Numbered from the stretch's first letter, positions 1 through 10,104 are shown. The stretch: DNA of 59,054 bases from Hydrogenophaga sp. (GCA_050293865.1 JBNKNN010000081.1:1-59054); one strand, 5' to 3'. Notes: generated by a model from the letters alone, not told the origin. Made by a program: numbers and translations.

Positions 1-98
1 TGGCAGGGCTGGTGATCTTGCATGTGGCCGGAGCCATCAAGCATCAGTTCATTGACCGCGACGGCTTGATGAGCCGTATGGGCTTCGGCCGATCCTGA
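1..98 (+). CDS. cytochrome b561 (YceJ-like), 3' end only
   Basis: Frame from nt 3 reads AGLVILHVAGAIKHQFIDRDGLMSRM..* , the typical cyt b561 C-terminus (HxxxAxxH..DRD..L.RM); directly upstream of YceI genes. Confidence 0.85.
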   Translation, partial: AGLVILHVAGAIKHQFIDRDGLMSRMGFGRS

Positions 99-181
99 CC
101 TGCATGTTGCCCCCGGTGTGCGGCAGCCGAATCAAGAAACAAGAAACGAAAGAAGCGAAACTTTTGAAAGTGAGCCAATCC

Positions 182-790
182 ATGTTCAATGTGCCCCGCC
201 TCCCTCTGACGCCCGCACGCCGGACCCTGGTGCGCTCCGGAGTCATCATGCTGTCGCTGATGGCGGCTGCCTGGCTCAACGACTCGGCTTTTGCGCAGCA
301 GGTCGTGCCTGCTCAAAGCGAGATCAGTTTCGTGAGCAAGCAGATGGGCGTGCCGGTTCAAGGAAAGTTCACCCGCTTCGACGCCAACGTGAAGTTCGAT
401 CCTGCCAAGCCCGAATCCGCGAACATTGCCTTCACTGTCGACACGGGCAGCGCCACGCTTGGTGTGAAGGAAACCGACGCCGAGTTGCCAAAGGCCGACT
501 GGTTCAACGTCGCCAAGTTTCCAAAAGCCACCTTCCAGTCTTCGAAGGTCAGGAAGCTGGGTGACGGCAAGTTTGAGGCCGAAGGAACACTCAACATCAA
601 GGGTGTGAGCAGTCAGGTGGTAGTGCCTGTGGAGCTGTCGCAGAAGGGCGGTGACGCTGTGGCCACGGGCGCTTTTCCGATCAAGCGATTGACCTTCCGT
701 ATTGGTGACAACGAATGGTCGGATACCTCCATGGTGGCTGACGAAGTTCAGGTGAAGTTCCGCATCGCTTTGACTGGCGTGGGCCAGTGA
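182..790 (+). CDS. YceI family periplasmic lipid/polyisoprenoid-binding protein
   Basis: Signal peptide, S.I.F..KQMGVPV.G.F, WF....FP.ATF, G.L.IKG motifs; start uncertain (182 or 248). Confidence 0.9.
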   Translation: MFNVPRLPLTPARRTLVRSGVIMLSLMAAAWLNDSAFAQQVVPAQSEISFVSKQMGVPVQGKFTRFDANVKFDPAKPESANIAFTVDTGSATLGVKETDAELPKADWFNVAKFPKATFQSSKVRKLGDGKFEAEGTLNIKGVSSQVVVPVELSQKGGDAVATGAFPIKRLTFRIGDNEWSDTSMVADEVQVKFRIALTGVGQ

Positions 791-866
791 TCCCCCAGCG
801 TCTTTCCCCTTTCCCGGTTTTTCTTTCCTTTTCAGTTCGCACTCATTTCCAACAAGGAGTTCAACC

Positions 867-1445
867 ATGAGCAAGAAGTCTCTTATCGCTGCTGTTGCCG
901 TCGCTGCTGCCACCTTGGTCAGCGCCCCAGCCATGGCTGCGGAGTACGCCATCGACCCATCGCACACTTTCGCCACCTTCGAGATGCCCCACTTCGGCAC
1001 CTCAACCAACCGCGGCCGCTTCGACAAGAAAGAAGGCAAGGTGATGTTCGACAAGGCTGCCAAGACAGGCAGTGTTGAACTGACCATCGACATGACGTCC
1101 ATTAACACGGGCACCGCAGCGTTTGACAAACACCTCAAGAGCCCAGACATTTTTGACGCCGAGGCCTTCCCCACCGCAACCTTCAAGGCCGACAAGCTGG
1201 TTTTCAACGGTGATGCTGTGGCTGAAGTGCCGGGCATGCTCACACTCAAGGGCAAGACTCAGCCAGTGACGCTCAAGGCCACCAACTTCAACTGCTTTGA
1301 CAGCCCTATGCTCAAGCGTGAAGTGTGTGGTGGTGACTTTGTGACCACGTTCGATCGCACTGCCTTCGGCGTCGACTATGGCGTGCAGTACGGCTTCCCC
1401 AAGGAGGTCAAAGTGATTGTTCAGGTTGAAGCCATCAAGCAGTAA
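867..1445 (+). CDS. YceI family protein
   Basis: AAGGAG RBS, signal peptide, YAIDPSHT..F...HFG.S...GRF, HLKSPDIFD, LTLKG motifs. Confidence 0.93.
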   Translation: MSKKSLIAAVAVAAATLVSAPAMAAEYAIDPSHTFATFEMPHFGTSTNRGRFDKKEGKVMFDKAAKTGSVELTIDMTSINTGTAAFDKHLKSPDIFDAEAFPTATFKADKLVFNGDAVAEVPGMLTLKGKTQPVTLKATNFNCFDSPMLKREVCGGDFVTTFDRTAFGVDYGVQYGFPKEVKVIVQVEAIKQ

Positions 1446-1511
1446 GCGACTCAGCGCTTGTTCGCTGATGATCGTTGCCTCTGATCAGGCAACTGCGTGA
1501 GAGATGAGAAG

Positions 1512-1536
1512 AAAGCCCGCTTCGTCGGGCTTTTTT
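1512..1536 (+). terminator. Rho-independent terminator
   Basis: AAAGCCCG-cttcgt-CGGGCTTTTTT hairpin plus U-tract after the yceI genes. Confidence 0.85.
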
Positions 1537-1696
1537 CATGGCGCTGAGTGCGGTCTGATGATCACGCTTGACCGGGCATATTGCCCGCGGCCAGGACCCT
1601 GCGGTGTGTCGTCTCGTTTTGCGTCAGTTGTGGCGTAACCCTTGTGGCCTATCTGCCCAGAATGCCTTTGACGCTAGACCGACGAGGAGGCAAAAG

Positions 1697-2143
1697 ATGG
1701 GACTCGCAGAGAAATGGTGCTTGATGGCCGCGGGTGCTTACCTGTTGATTGGCATGCTCACTGGTGCCTGGAAATACCACGGCATTCGCACCAGTGCCGA
1801 ACACCACGCACATCCCTATGTGAGCCTGGCGCACCAGGCTTCGCTGGCCTATGCTTTCGCGTCGGTGGTGCTGGGGCAACTCGCTCGCCACAGCCCATAC
1901 AGTGAGTTCGTCACCTTGCTGGCTGCGGGAGTGCCTTTGTTCTATTTCGGCTTGGCGATCCTGTCGTATGTGATCCACGGCGTGCTCAAGGACACCGACA
2001 ACCAGTTTGCCGAACCACATCGCCTGGGCAAGCGATTGGTCAGTCCGGCGGGCACGCGCCTGTTCATGTGGAGCCTTGGGCTGGGCGAGATCGGTGGTGC
2101 GGCTGTTTTGGTGTGGGGCTTTGTGAAGAGCCAGTTGCTGTAG
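1697..2143 (+). CDS. conserved integral membrane hypothetical protein
   Basis: GAGGAGG RBS before ATG 1697; four hydrophobic segments; WKY..AHPYV..AH and DTDNQF motifs. Confidence 0.75.
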   Translation: MGLAEKWCLMAAGAYLLIGMLTGAWKYHGIRTSAEHHAHPYVSLAHQASLAYAFASVVLGQLARHSPYSEFVTLLAAGVPLFYFGLAILSYVIHGVLKDTDNQFAEPHRLGKRLVSPAGTRLFMWSLGLGEIGGAAVLVWGFVKSQLL

Positions 2144-2252
2144 AGAGCCTTGCAATGCCACAGACGGTAGTAGGCGCCAACGGCCAGGCCAGGCTCTTTG
2201 AGGCAAGGCTCTCCTGGCCTTTCGGTGGAGCCGGCCGAAATGACATTGTTGT

Positions 2253-2801
2253 CTACTGGTACAGCTTTCTTTTGTCGAGTGGCGGAAAGTCTATGCGTTT
2301 GAGCTCGGGCCTTTTTTGATCGGTCGTCGAGTCTGGAATGCGGCGCCAAAGCATCTTGGTGATCTGCACAACATGGCCGTTGATGGTATGGGGAAGTTTG
2401 TCTTGGATTCGATGCTTTGTCCCTGCCGGATCTCGTGGATCCACAATGAAGACGTCGATGGACGGCTCCGATTGATCCTGGCGGCATGAGCCTCTTCGTT
2501 GAGGTTGCAGATAGAGTATTCCATCGATGTCGATGGGTCTTGCCAGCGGGCCTACGTCCTTGTACTGCCATCCGGCATAGAACCGGCCGGTGGCTGCGCT
2601 GAAACCGTCGACGGATGACGTGCACCTTTCGACAAGGGTATCGACGTACGTCTTGCCATCGATGGTGAGTTCGAGCTCAGAGACGAAAGTTCGATCTGCC
2701 TGAAGTGCTGCGGAAGGCAAGCCACACCCTTGCAACAGGAGAAGGCTTGCAGCAAGCGTTGCGATGTGGAGCGACCGCCGAATTTTCAATCGTGTTTGCA
2801 T
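2253..2801 (-). CDS. hypothetical lipoprotein
   Basis: MQTRLKIRR..LLLLQGC lipobox followed by a globular region. Confidence 0.65.
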   Translation of the reverse strand: MQTRLKIRRSLHIATLAASLLLLQGCGLPSAALQADRTFVSELELTIDGKTYVDTLVERCTSSVDGFSAATGRFYAGWQYKDVGPLARPIDIDGILYLQPQRRGSCRQDQSEPSIDVFIVDPRDPAGTKHRIQDKLPHTINGHVVQITKMLWRRIPDSTTDQKRPELKRIDFPPLDKRKLYQ

Positions 2802-2839
2802 GGTTGCGAGTGTTGGATGATCAAGGTGCTGGGTGCTGG

Positions 2840-3301
2840 TTATCGCCGAAGGGCATCCGAGACAAACACACCGGCGGGGGTGCCAAAGAAAACGACAGTG
2901 CCAGACTTCGATTGGTGAGTGGGTTCGCGCGAGACCATCTCGTTGGCAGCGATCGGTGTTTGCCCGGCTCCTCCGCAGATCATGAACATGGCGGTGAATT
3001 CCGGCTTGATGCAATGGAGCCGCTCGTTTTGGGTCGGGGGCTTGAGCAGTTGGTCGAGAAGCTTTGCATCGGCCAAGACCCATGTGTCTCCGGTCGGAAT
3101 GATGGTCCGCGGTTCTTGCAACTCGCGCATCACAACATGCCAACGATTGGCAGCGACGTTCTTGATGTCGATTTGAACCTGGAAGTAGCCCTGAGAGACC
3201 TCGTAGGACCCTTCAAGTGCTGGAGGAGGACTTGTGCTTGCGCAGCCAGCAAGCAGCAGCAATGAGGCAAGAGGCCAAGAAAGGCGGTGTATCCACTGCA
3301 T
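2840..3301 (-). CDS. hypothetical lipoprotein
   Basis: AGGGA RBS; MQWIHR..LLLLAGC lipobox. Confidence 0.7.
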   Translation of the reverse strand: MQWIHRLSWPLASLLLLAGCASTSPPPALEGSYEVSQGYFQVQIDIKNVAANRWHVVMRELQEPRTIIPTGDTWVLADAKLLDQLLKPPTQNERLHCIKPEFTAMFMICGGAGQTPIAANEMVSREPTHQSKSGTVVFFGTPAGVFVSDALRR

Positions 3302-3566
3302 AGATTTTCCCTGTTTGTTTTCATGTGGGCTGCGGGTTGGGGCGCAGCCATTGGCGTGCCGGAAGGTGAAGGCACGCGCGGACCAGCTCGGCATGGCTGG
3401 GTTTCGTCTCTGTTTCGAGCAGAGTCAGTTGCTCAGGCGTTGGGGGTTCTGTTGACTTGTATCGGCTCCAGGTTTTGCTCGTTGTGTGTTTCCGCTGAAC
3501 GTTCGTTGATGTGCTTCCAGAAGGCGCCGAGGATGTGAGGGGCAGCCGCGGCGAACGCTGCAGGGG

Positions 3567-3866
3567 TCATGGAGGTGTGCAAGGAGGCGACGTGCCGACG
3601 ATCGGCTTTGTGGCCTGTTCCAACGCAGACAGAAAATGCAGGGCGTCCTCCCGTGATGCGCCGCACATGTCATGCGAAGGTTCTAATTTACTACAAACGG
3701 CTGGTCTGGAAGCTTGTCCGAACAATGTGCAGCGCAAAGCCTCATCCAGGTGGGGGCACGCCACACCCGCCGGTTTGCCTTGTGGCAGGTCGGGCATGGG
3801 GCTGGAGATGCTGGGCGCGATGCAGCAAGCGGCGCAGCCACTTCGACAACGGGGTTTGTCCGCCAT
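3567..3866 (-). CDS. YkgJ/YeiW family cysteine-cluster protein
   Basis: CRSGCAACCIAPSISSP..GKPAGVAC.HL....C.LFG...RP.VC signature. Confidence 0.9.
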   Translation of the reverse strand: MADKPRCRSGCAACCIAPSISSPMPDLPQGKPAGVACPHLDEALRCTLFGQASRPAVCSKLEPSHDMCGASREDALHFLSALEQATKPIVGTSPPCTPP

Positions 3867-3897
3867 GCTACGGGTGGGTTCGACGCCTGGCAGATGA

Positions 3898-4497
3898 TCA
3901 GGCGTGGAGCTTTCGGGCGGTGTCCAGCACTTGCTCGATGACGGCCTGGACTTGCTGACGGTTGGCGTCGGTGGCGATGCGGCCATCCGGGTCGAACGCC
4001 TCCCCCGCTTTCGCCAGGGCAAATTGGCGAGGCGCGACCCAGCACATCAGTTTGCGCAACAGGTTGGCAACGTTGCCCAGGCTGTTGAGTCCGCCGAGCG
4101 CACCGGGAGCGGTGGAGAGCAGGCCCACGACTGTGCCGTCGAACGGCTTGGCGCCGCTCAAGGACTCATGCTCGCCTTGCAGAGGACGCGAAGCCCAGTC
4201 GATGGCGTTCTTGAGCAGTGGGGTGTAGCTGCCGTTGTATTCGGGTGAGCAGACGATCCAGGCGGGATGGCCTTTGAGAAGCTGCTTGAGGCGGATGACG
4301 TTCTCCGGCATGCCGGTAGCTTCAAGGTCGCCATCGTAGAGAGGCAGGTTCAGATCGCCGAGTTCCAGCACGGTCACTTCTGCGCCTTCGGCCTTGGCCA
4401 TCTCGGCAGCGGCTTGTGCCAGCTTGCGGTTCCAGGAATCCTTGCGGGCACTGCCAGCAAAGATGAGCAGGGGAATAGAGGATTTGTGGGTGTTCAT
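3898..4497 (-). CDS. NADPH-dependent FMN reductase
   Basis: GSARKDSWNRKLA, LPLYDGDLE, SPEYNGS, LKNAIDWASR motifs. Confidence 0.93.
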   Translation of the reverse strand: MNTHKSSIPLLIFAGSARKDSWNRKLAQAAAEMAKAEGAEVTVLELGDLNLPLYDGDLEATGMPENVIRLKQLLKGHPAWIVCSPEYNGSYTPLLKNAIDWASRPLQGEHESLSGAKPFDGTVVGLLSTAPGALGGLNSLGNVANLLRKLMCWVAPRQFALAKAGEAFDPDGRIATDANRQQVQAVIEQVLDTARKLHA

Positions 4498-4559
4498 GCC
4501 TTTATTTTGGCATTGCGGCAAAGCCCTCTTGTCCCTGCGAGAATCGTTCGGTGTGCAAC

Positions 4560-5492
4560 TCAGTGCGCGGCTGATGTGGTGTTCATTGACTCACCAAGTG
4601 GGTCGAATTGCAAATGCGTGATGCGACCTTCCCAGAACGGATAGATCTTGCCGGCGGCCATGCGGGAGATACGAAAGCCCATGGGCACGCGCACGCCTTG
4701 AATCTCTTGCCAGTCGCTGCGCGCCACGTGTTCACCGGAGCCGTGGTAGGGCGTGGTGAGGTCACCATCGGTTTCTGCTTCCATGCTGATCATCGCGCCT
4801 TCAGGCGAGAAGCGTGCGATGACGCCAATGTGTTGCTCACCGAGATGTGCCACCGCGCGTGCGCTGTGGTCGTCAATGGCTTCCCAGGTGACCTGGCCGC
4901 CGGGCAGGAGCGCATGGGGGTAGGTGGGGCTTTCGAGCAACCAGCGGCGCAGGGAAATCAGGTTGAGCTCGGGCGAGGTGAACTCGTCTTCGTGCACCAC
5001 TTCCACTGTTGAGACGACCTTGGCCTTCATTTCCATCTTGCCGTTGACGTAGGCATCGTAGGCGCGCGCCCACAGCACGCCGAGCATGGGTGTGTTGGCG
5101 TCGAACATGAGGGCCGGTGTTGCGCTGTTGGCGGTTTGGCTGGCGGTGGTGAAGTTGAAATCTTCCGTGAGTGGACGGCGGAACTGTCCCTCCATGTTGT
5201 TGTGCATCACCACCGGTTGGATGCCACCGGTTTGGTTGAGCGCATCGCCAAAGGTGAAGGCGAGATAGCGCTGCACGGGTGCCGGCAAGGCGGCCAATGT
5301 CTGAGGGTTTGTCGCTTGTGTGGCGCGTTGGGCTTGAGTGACGCGTTGGTGGTGTGCTGCAATGTCGCGTTCGGTCTCGCGTTGGCCGTTCCAGACCAGC
5401 GCTGCCAGAGCGACGACACCGAGGCCAAGAACGGTGCCAGTGACCTGTGCGCTGCGTTTGAAAAGGGATGGGTGGCGTCGGGCTCGGGACAT
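4560..5492 (-). CDS. DUF6544/DUF6920-like membrane-anchored protein
   Basis: N-terminal TM, LP.PVQRYL, RWLLE...YP.ALLP..VTWEAIDD.SARA motif. Confidence 0.7.
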   Translation of the reverse strand: MSRARRHPSLFKRSAQVTGTVLGLGVVALAALVWNGQRETERDIAAHHQRVTQAQRATQATNPQTLAALPAPVQRYLAFTFGDALNQTGGIQPVVMHNNMEGQFRRPLTEDFNFTTASQTANSATPALMFDANTPMLGVLWARAYDAYVNGKMEMKAKVVSTVEVVHEDEFTSPELNLISLRRWLLESPTYPHALLPGGQVTWEAIDDHSARAVAHLGEQHIGVIARFSPEGAMISMEAETDGDLTTPYHGSGEHVARSDWQEIQGVRVPMGFRISRMAAGKIYPFWEGRITHLQFDPLGESMNTTSAAH

Positions 5493-5543
5493 GGGGGTTT
5501 CTCCTGTGCAATGAATCGCTGCGTTTATCGAATGGCGGTTGAG

Positions 5544-6086
5544 TCAGTGCGCTTGGGGCGCTCGCCTGGTCAGGCGCGCGATCAGTGTCCATAGGCTGGT
5601 GGCGAACAAGGCGAAGTTCAGGCAGGCACGCCACAGGTTGGCTCGGTTCCAGGCGTCGCGCGTGGCGGCCCAATCGGTTGGCAGCGTGTTCGGCGTCCAG
5701 GATTCGGTGAGATAGTTCAGGGGCAGGTTCACCGCTCGGGTGAATGCCACGATGCCCAGGGCGTAGGCCAGAACAATCAGCGCAGTGGCGCGCCACCAGG
5801 CGGTGCTGCGATCCCGCCACCCCATGGCCAAGGCCAGCAGGCCAATCGGGATTACGCCGAAAAAGAATACAAAAAACAGGAAATGACGGACGTTTCTGTT
5901 AAATGACGACTGAACAAGTGCGTATGTCGGGCCATCGAGCGTCAAGGTGGCCAGGTTGATGTTCGCACTGTAAGTGCCGAAAAAGCCGGCCATGATGCCC
6001 AGCCAAAGAATGAGCAGGGTGTGTGGCCATACGGCAGCGGCGGAGGCGGGCAGGGTCTGGGTTGGGGTATCGGTGTGGTCGGACAT
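5544..6086 (-). CDS. DUF1772 / anthrone oxygenase family membrane protein
   Basis: G.MAGFF..YS, NLPLN, W...R..W..AN..R motifs; four TM segments. Confidence 0.8.
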   Translation of the reverse strand: MSDHTDTPTQTLPASAAAVWPHTLLILWLGIMAGFFGTYSANINLATLTLDGPTYALVQSSFNRNVRHFLFFVFFFGVIPIGLLALAMGWRDRSTAWWRATALIVLAYALGIVAFTRAVNLPLNYLTESWTPNTLPTDWAATRDAWNRANLWRACLNFALFATSLWTLIARLTRRAPQAH

Positions 6087-6153
6087 GGGCGAATCTCATG
6101 GAGAAGTGTTTGCCGTATGTCCACCACTGTAGGTGGCCGATGAGAAGGGCGCC

Positions 6154-6774
6154 TTAACCGGGGTTCAGAGGATCCGACGCTTCTGCCAAGCGCCTTCGGA
6201 TGCGTGACAAGGCCACATCGGTGATGCCTAAAAAAGAGGCAATGTGTTTGAGTGGAACGCGCCGTGCCCATGCAGGGTGGTGGTCCAACAGGTCCTGGTA
6301 GCGTTCGGTTGCCGAACGCTGCAGAAACTCATGCTCGCGCTGCATCTTGTCTTCCAGGAGTCGCGCCAGCATTCGCTTCTCCAGAGTTTCCCAAGGAGCG
6401 AAGCCCTGCATGGCGTCGTGCCATTGTGCAAAGGGCAGCACCCACACGATGCTGGGTTCCAGGGCTTCGACCCAGAAGTGCACGGGCTCTCGGGCCAGGG
6501 CAGGGGTGATGGGCCAGAGAAACGCGCCTTCGAGGTAGAAGTTCTTGTTGTGGGACTGGCCGTCCCTGTCGACGAAGTACATGCGCAGGGCGCCCGATTC
6601 GATCCACCACAGGTGTTGCCACCGGTCGCCAGCGCGTTGCAAGGGCTGGCCTTTGTCGAGAGAGCGCCGCTCGGCCAGTGCACATGCGCTGCTGGCAGCA
6701 TTCGGCCATGTATCGATTTCCAGGGTTTGACGCAACTGCTGGGCCAGGAGAGAGTTTGTGGATGCGGCGGTCAT
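6154..6774 (-). CDS. Crp/Fnr family transcriptional regulator
   Basis: cNMP-like domain (G.LRMYF..DG), ERY, PLKHIASFLGIT...LSRIRR HTH; ATGA overlap with upstream gene. Confidence 0.88.
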   Translation of the reverse strand: MTAASTNSLLAQQLRQTLEIDTWPNAASSACALAERRSLDKGQPLQRAGDRWQHLWWIESGALRMYFVDRDGQSHNKNFYLEGAFLWPITPALAREPVHFWVEALEPSIVWVLPFAQWHDAMQGFAPWETLEKRMLARLLEDKMQREHEFLQRSATERYQDLLDHHPAWARRVPLKHIASFLGITDVALSRIRRRLAEASDPLNPG

Positions 6775-7079
6775 GGTGGAGGGGCTTGATCGTGATGTCG
6801 CTCGGCCTCTTCCAGTGCGAGCAGCAGACTGGTGCGATGCTCCCTGGCAACGGTTTGCCATGTCTCCCCTGTCAGGGCGGATTCCAGCCCCCACAAGAGG
6901 TTGAGGCTGGCGGGCTGCCCGCTGTGTTTGACCATCAGGTACGCGCCCACCGAGCCAGCCCGTTCCAAGTCCTTGGCCGAGCGGATGCCCACGTTGGCCA
7001 GCATCTCGCGCGATCTCGGCCCCAGCCCGGGCATATCCGCCACGTCGGCCTTGGGGTTCAATGAGGCGGCTTTGCGCAT
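6771..7079 (-). CDS. TfoX/Sxy C-terminal domain protein
   Basis: PGLGP.S..ML..VGI....L...G, SLNLLWGLESAL...W motifs. Confidence 0.85.
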   Translation of the reverse strand: MRKAASLNPKADVADMPGLGPRSREMLANVGIRSAKDLERAGSVGAYLMVKHSGQPASLNLLWGLESALTGETWQTVAREHRTSLLLALEEAERHHDQAPPP

Positions 7080-7241
7080 GGTGGTGGCTTGGTGGGACAA
7101 TAGAGGTTCCTGTATTGCGAGCGTCGAGTGCTATCCGCTGGCAATGCTTCCCCTTACTTTGAAGAACAGTGGTTGGCGCGAGCCGATGCCTGGGCACTTT
7201 GTGGTGCGCGGGCGCAGCGGTGCTGGCCTGGATACAAGTGT

Positions 7242-9260
7242 ATGTTGTACCCGGAAGAATTTGATGTGATCGTGGTCGGCGGTGGCCATGCCGGCACCGA
7301 GGCCGCGCTGGCGGCTGCGCGGATGGGCTGCAAGACCTTGCTGCTCTCCCACAACATTGAGACCCTGGGTCAGATGAGTTGCAACCCGTCCATTGGCGGC
7401 ATTGGCAAGGGCCACCTGGTCAAGGAGGTGGACGCGCTCGGCGGTGCCATGGCTTTGGCCACGGACGAGGGCGGCATCCAGTTCCGTATCCTCAACAGTT
7501 CCAAAGGACCAGCCGTTCGGGCCACGCGTGCGCAGGCTGATCGGGTGCTCTACAAGGCAGCGATCCGGCGCATGCTGGAAAACCAGCCCAATCTGCAGCT
7601 GTTTCAGCAGGCCGTGGACGATTTGATGGTCGAAGGCGATCGCGTCGTGGGCGCTGTGACGCAAGTGGGCATTCGCTTCCGATCTCGCACCGTGGTTCTC
7701 ACAGCGGGAACCTTCCTCGATGGCAAGATTCATGTGGGCTTGGACAACTATGCTGCCGGCAGGGCGGGTGATCCGCCAGCGGTCAGTCTGTCTGGCCGCC
7801 TCAAAGAGCTCAAGTTGCCGCAAGGACGCCTGAAGACCGGCACGCCGCCGAGGCTTGATGGGCGCACCATCGATTTCTCGAAGTGCACTGAACAGCCCGG
7901 TGATGGGATGCCAGGTTCGCCCACGGCCGACCAAGCGGTCCCAGTGTTCAGCTTCATGGGCCAGGCGTCCATGCACCCGGCCCAGATGCCGTGCTGGATC
8001 ACCCACACCAACGAGCGCACACACGAGATCATCCGCTCAGGTTTTGACCGCAGCCCCATGTTTACCGGCAAGATCGAAGGGGTGGGGCCGCGCTATTGCC
8101 CGAGCGTCGAGGACAAGATCAACCGCTTCGCCGACAAGGACAGCCACCAGATATTCCTGGAGCCTGAAGGCCTGACAACAAACGAGTTCTATCCCAACGG
8201 CATTTCCACCAGCCTGCCGTTCGAAATTCAGTACGCGCTGGTGCGCAGCATGCCGGGCTTGGAGAACGCGCACATTCTTCGGCCGGGCTACGCCATCGAG
8301 TACGACTACTTCGATCCGCGCGAGCTCAAGAGCAGCTTCGAGACGCGTTCGGTGAAGGGCCTGTTCTTCGCCGGGCAGATCAACGGGACCACGGGCTACG
8401 AAGAGGCGGCAGCCCAGGGCTTGTTTGCCGGGATCAATGCCGCCTTGCAATGCCGCGGTGAGCAAGCCTGGTTGCCACGCCGGGACGAAGCCTATCTGGG
8501 GGTTCTGGTGGATGACCTGATCACCAAGGGAGTCACCGAGCCCTACCGGATGTTCACCAGTCGGGCGGAGTATCGGTTGCAGTTGCGGGAAGACAATGCC
8601 GACATGCGCTTGACCGAAACCGGCCGATGGCTGGGGTTGGTGGACGATGTCCGTTGGGATGCTTTTTGTCGCAAGCGCGATGCTGTTTCACGTGAAACAG
8701 AACGCCTGAAGTCCACCTGGGTGAATCCCCGTACATTGCCAGCCGAGGAGGCAGAGCGGGTGCTGGGCAAAGCCATTGAGCGCGAATACAACCTGTTCGA
8801 TTTGCTGCGCCGTCCGAATGTGGGCTACGCAGACTTGATGGGGATGATCGAGGGCAAGCTTCTGCCCCAGCCGGATGAGGCGGGTGACGACGCGCGTCCT
8901 GTGGTTTCACGTGAAACATTGGGCGACCTGTTCGATCCGGTTGTCGAGCAGGTGGAGATTGCCTCCAAGTACTCGGGCTACATCGATCGGCAAAAGGGTG
9001 AAGTTGAACGCGCTGCTGCATACGAAAGCTTGAGGCTGCCAGCGGAGCTGGACTACGCGCAGGTTTCCGCCTTGTCGTTCGAAGTTCGCCAGAAGCTGGC
9101 CCAACATCGACCCGAGACGCTCGGGCAGGCCTCCCGGATTTCGGGTGTCACGCCTGCGGCGGTTTCGCTTTTGTTGATTCACCTGAAGAAGGGCGGCTTC
9201 AAGGGCTTCGATACTGTGCCGGCGTCGGCTCAGCCGGCGGCGGTGGATGCCCATGACTGA
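7242..9260 (+). CDS. mnmG: tRNA uridine-5-carboxymethylaminomethyl(34) synthesis enzyme MnmG (GidA)
   Basis: [69 protein letters not shown]. Confidence 0.98.
   Translation: MLYPEEFDVIVVGGGHAGTEAALAAARMGCKTLLLSHNIETLGQMSCNPSIGGIGKGHLVKEVDALGGAMALATDEGGIQFRILNSSKGPAVRATRAQADRVLYKAAIRRMLENQPNLQLFQQAVDDLMVEGDRVVGAVTQVGIRFRSRTVVLTAGTFLDGKIHVGLDNYAAGRAGDPPAVSLSGRLKELKLPQGRLKTGTPPRLDGRTIDFSKCTEQPGDGMPGSPTADQAVPVFSFMGQASMHPAQMPCWITHTNERTHEIIRSGFDRSPMFTGKIEGVGPRYCPSVEDKINRFADKDSHQIFLEPEGLTTNEFYPNGISTSLPFEIQYALVRSMPGLENAHILRPGYAIEYDYFDPRELKSSFETRSVKGLFFAGQINGTTGYEEAAAQGLFAGINAALQCRGEQAWLPRRDEAYLGVLVDDLITKGVTEPYRMFTSRAEYRLQLREDNADMRLTETGRWLGLVDDVRWDAFCRKRDAVSRETERLKSTWVNPRTLPAEEAERVLGKAIEREYNLFDLLRRPNVGYADLMGMIEGKLLPQPDEAGDDARPVVSRETLGDLFDPVVEQVEIASKYSGYIDRQKGEVERAAAYESLRLPAELDYAQVSALSFEVRQKLAQHRPETLGQASRISGVTPAAVSLLLIHLKKGGFKGFDTVPASAQPAAVDAHD
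8684..8699. promoter_or_regulatory. parS site (perfect), inside mnmG
   Basis: TGTTTCACGTGAAACA, the canonical chromosomal parS palindrome. Confidence 0.93.
8903..8918. promoter_or_regulatory. parS site (1 mismatch), inside mnmG
   Basis: GGTTTCACGTGAAACA. Confidence 0.88.
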
Positions 9261-9939
9261 GGCAACGATACCCGTGGATTTGCGTCCTGCTCTGGCGGCG
9301 GGAGTGGAAGAACTTGGCTTGAAGCTGGCCTCGGAGCAGGTTGATCAGCTGCTGGCTTACTTGGGCTTGGTCCATAAATGGAACAAGGTATACAACCTGA
9401 CAGCGCTGCGAGAACCCGCCCAAATGCTCACCCATCATCTGCTGGACAGCCTGTCGGTGGTTCCGCCTCTGCTTCGCCAGACCGAAGCTCGGCCCATTCG
9501 CCTGCTCGATGCCGGGTCTGGCGGTGGCTTGCCCGGAGTGGTGATCGCCATCACTTGCCCGCAGGTGTCGGTGACGTGTGTGGACACCGTGGCCAAGAAG
9601 GCCGCATTCGTTCAGCAGGTGGCCGCCACGCTGGCATTGCGCAACCTCAAGGGGTTGCATGCTCGGGTGGAATCCATTGTGGCCGGGGAAGGGGGAGAAC
9701 CCGGGTTTGACGTCGTGTGTTCGCGAGCCTTTGCTTCGCTGGGCGACTTCACCCAATGGTCAGAAGCGGCGCTCAAGCCGGACGGCGTCTGGATGGCTAT
9801 GAAGGGTAAACATCCGGAAGAAGAGTTGGCTGTTCTGGGGGGTGATGTGGATGTGTTTCACGTGGAACAGCTTGCGGTACCCGGCCTGGATGCGGAGCGT
9901 TGTGTCTTGTGGATGCGCCCCGCCATCGGCAGCCACTGA
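9253..9939 (+). CDS. rsmG: 16S rRNA (guanine527-N7) methyltransferase RsmG (GidB)
   Basis: [35 protein letters not shown]; overlaps mnmG stop; alternative start 9247. Confidence 0.96.
   Translation: MTEATIPVDLRPALAAGVEELGLKLASEQVDQLLAYLGLVHKWNKVYNLTALREPAQMLTHHLLDSLSVVPPLLRQTEARPIRLLDAGSGGGLPGVVIAITCPQVSVTCVDTVAKKAAFVQQVAATLALRNLKGLHARVESIVAGEGGEPGFDVVCSRAFASLGDFTQWSEAALKPDGVWMAMKGKHPEEELAVLGGDVDVFHVEQLAVPGLDAERCVLWMRPAIGSH
9854..9869. promoter_or_regulatory. parS site, inside rsmG
   Basis: TGTTTCACGTGGAACA, fits TGTTNCACGTGAAACA consensus on the reverse strand. Confidence 0.88.
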
Positions 9940-10010
9940 TCCACTTCCCTGGCGGAATCTCATTTCGTCAGTGCTGTTTCGGGGCGCGTCAGTCGCTGCG
10001 GCCTTTGTTC

Positions 10011-10026
10011 TGTTTCACGTGAAACA
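10011..10026. promoter_or_regulatory. parS site (perfect), intergenic
   Basis: TGTTTCACGTGAAACA. Confidence 0.93.
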
Positions 10027-10104
10027 CGACATTTGTTCCGGATTGTCGGCCGCCAGCCCCTTGGGGTCACTTAAACTCAAGCCTTCCTCTTTCCAGAGAC
10101 CAAC

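Noticed and set aside
3399-3437. Hammerhead ribozyme-like CTGA...GAAAC on the minus strand
   Set aside because: The required CUGAnGA core is missing (reads CTGACTC)
3433-3570. 45-aa ORF with ATGA overlap downstream of the YkgJ gene
   Set aside because: No RBS or recognisable motif; cannot be supported from sequence alone
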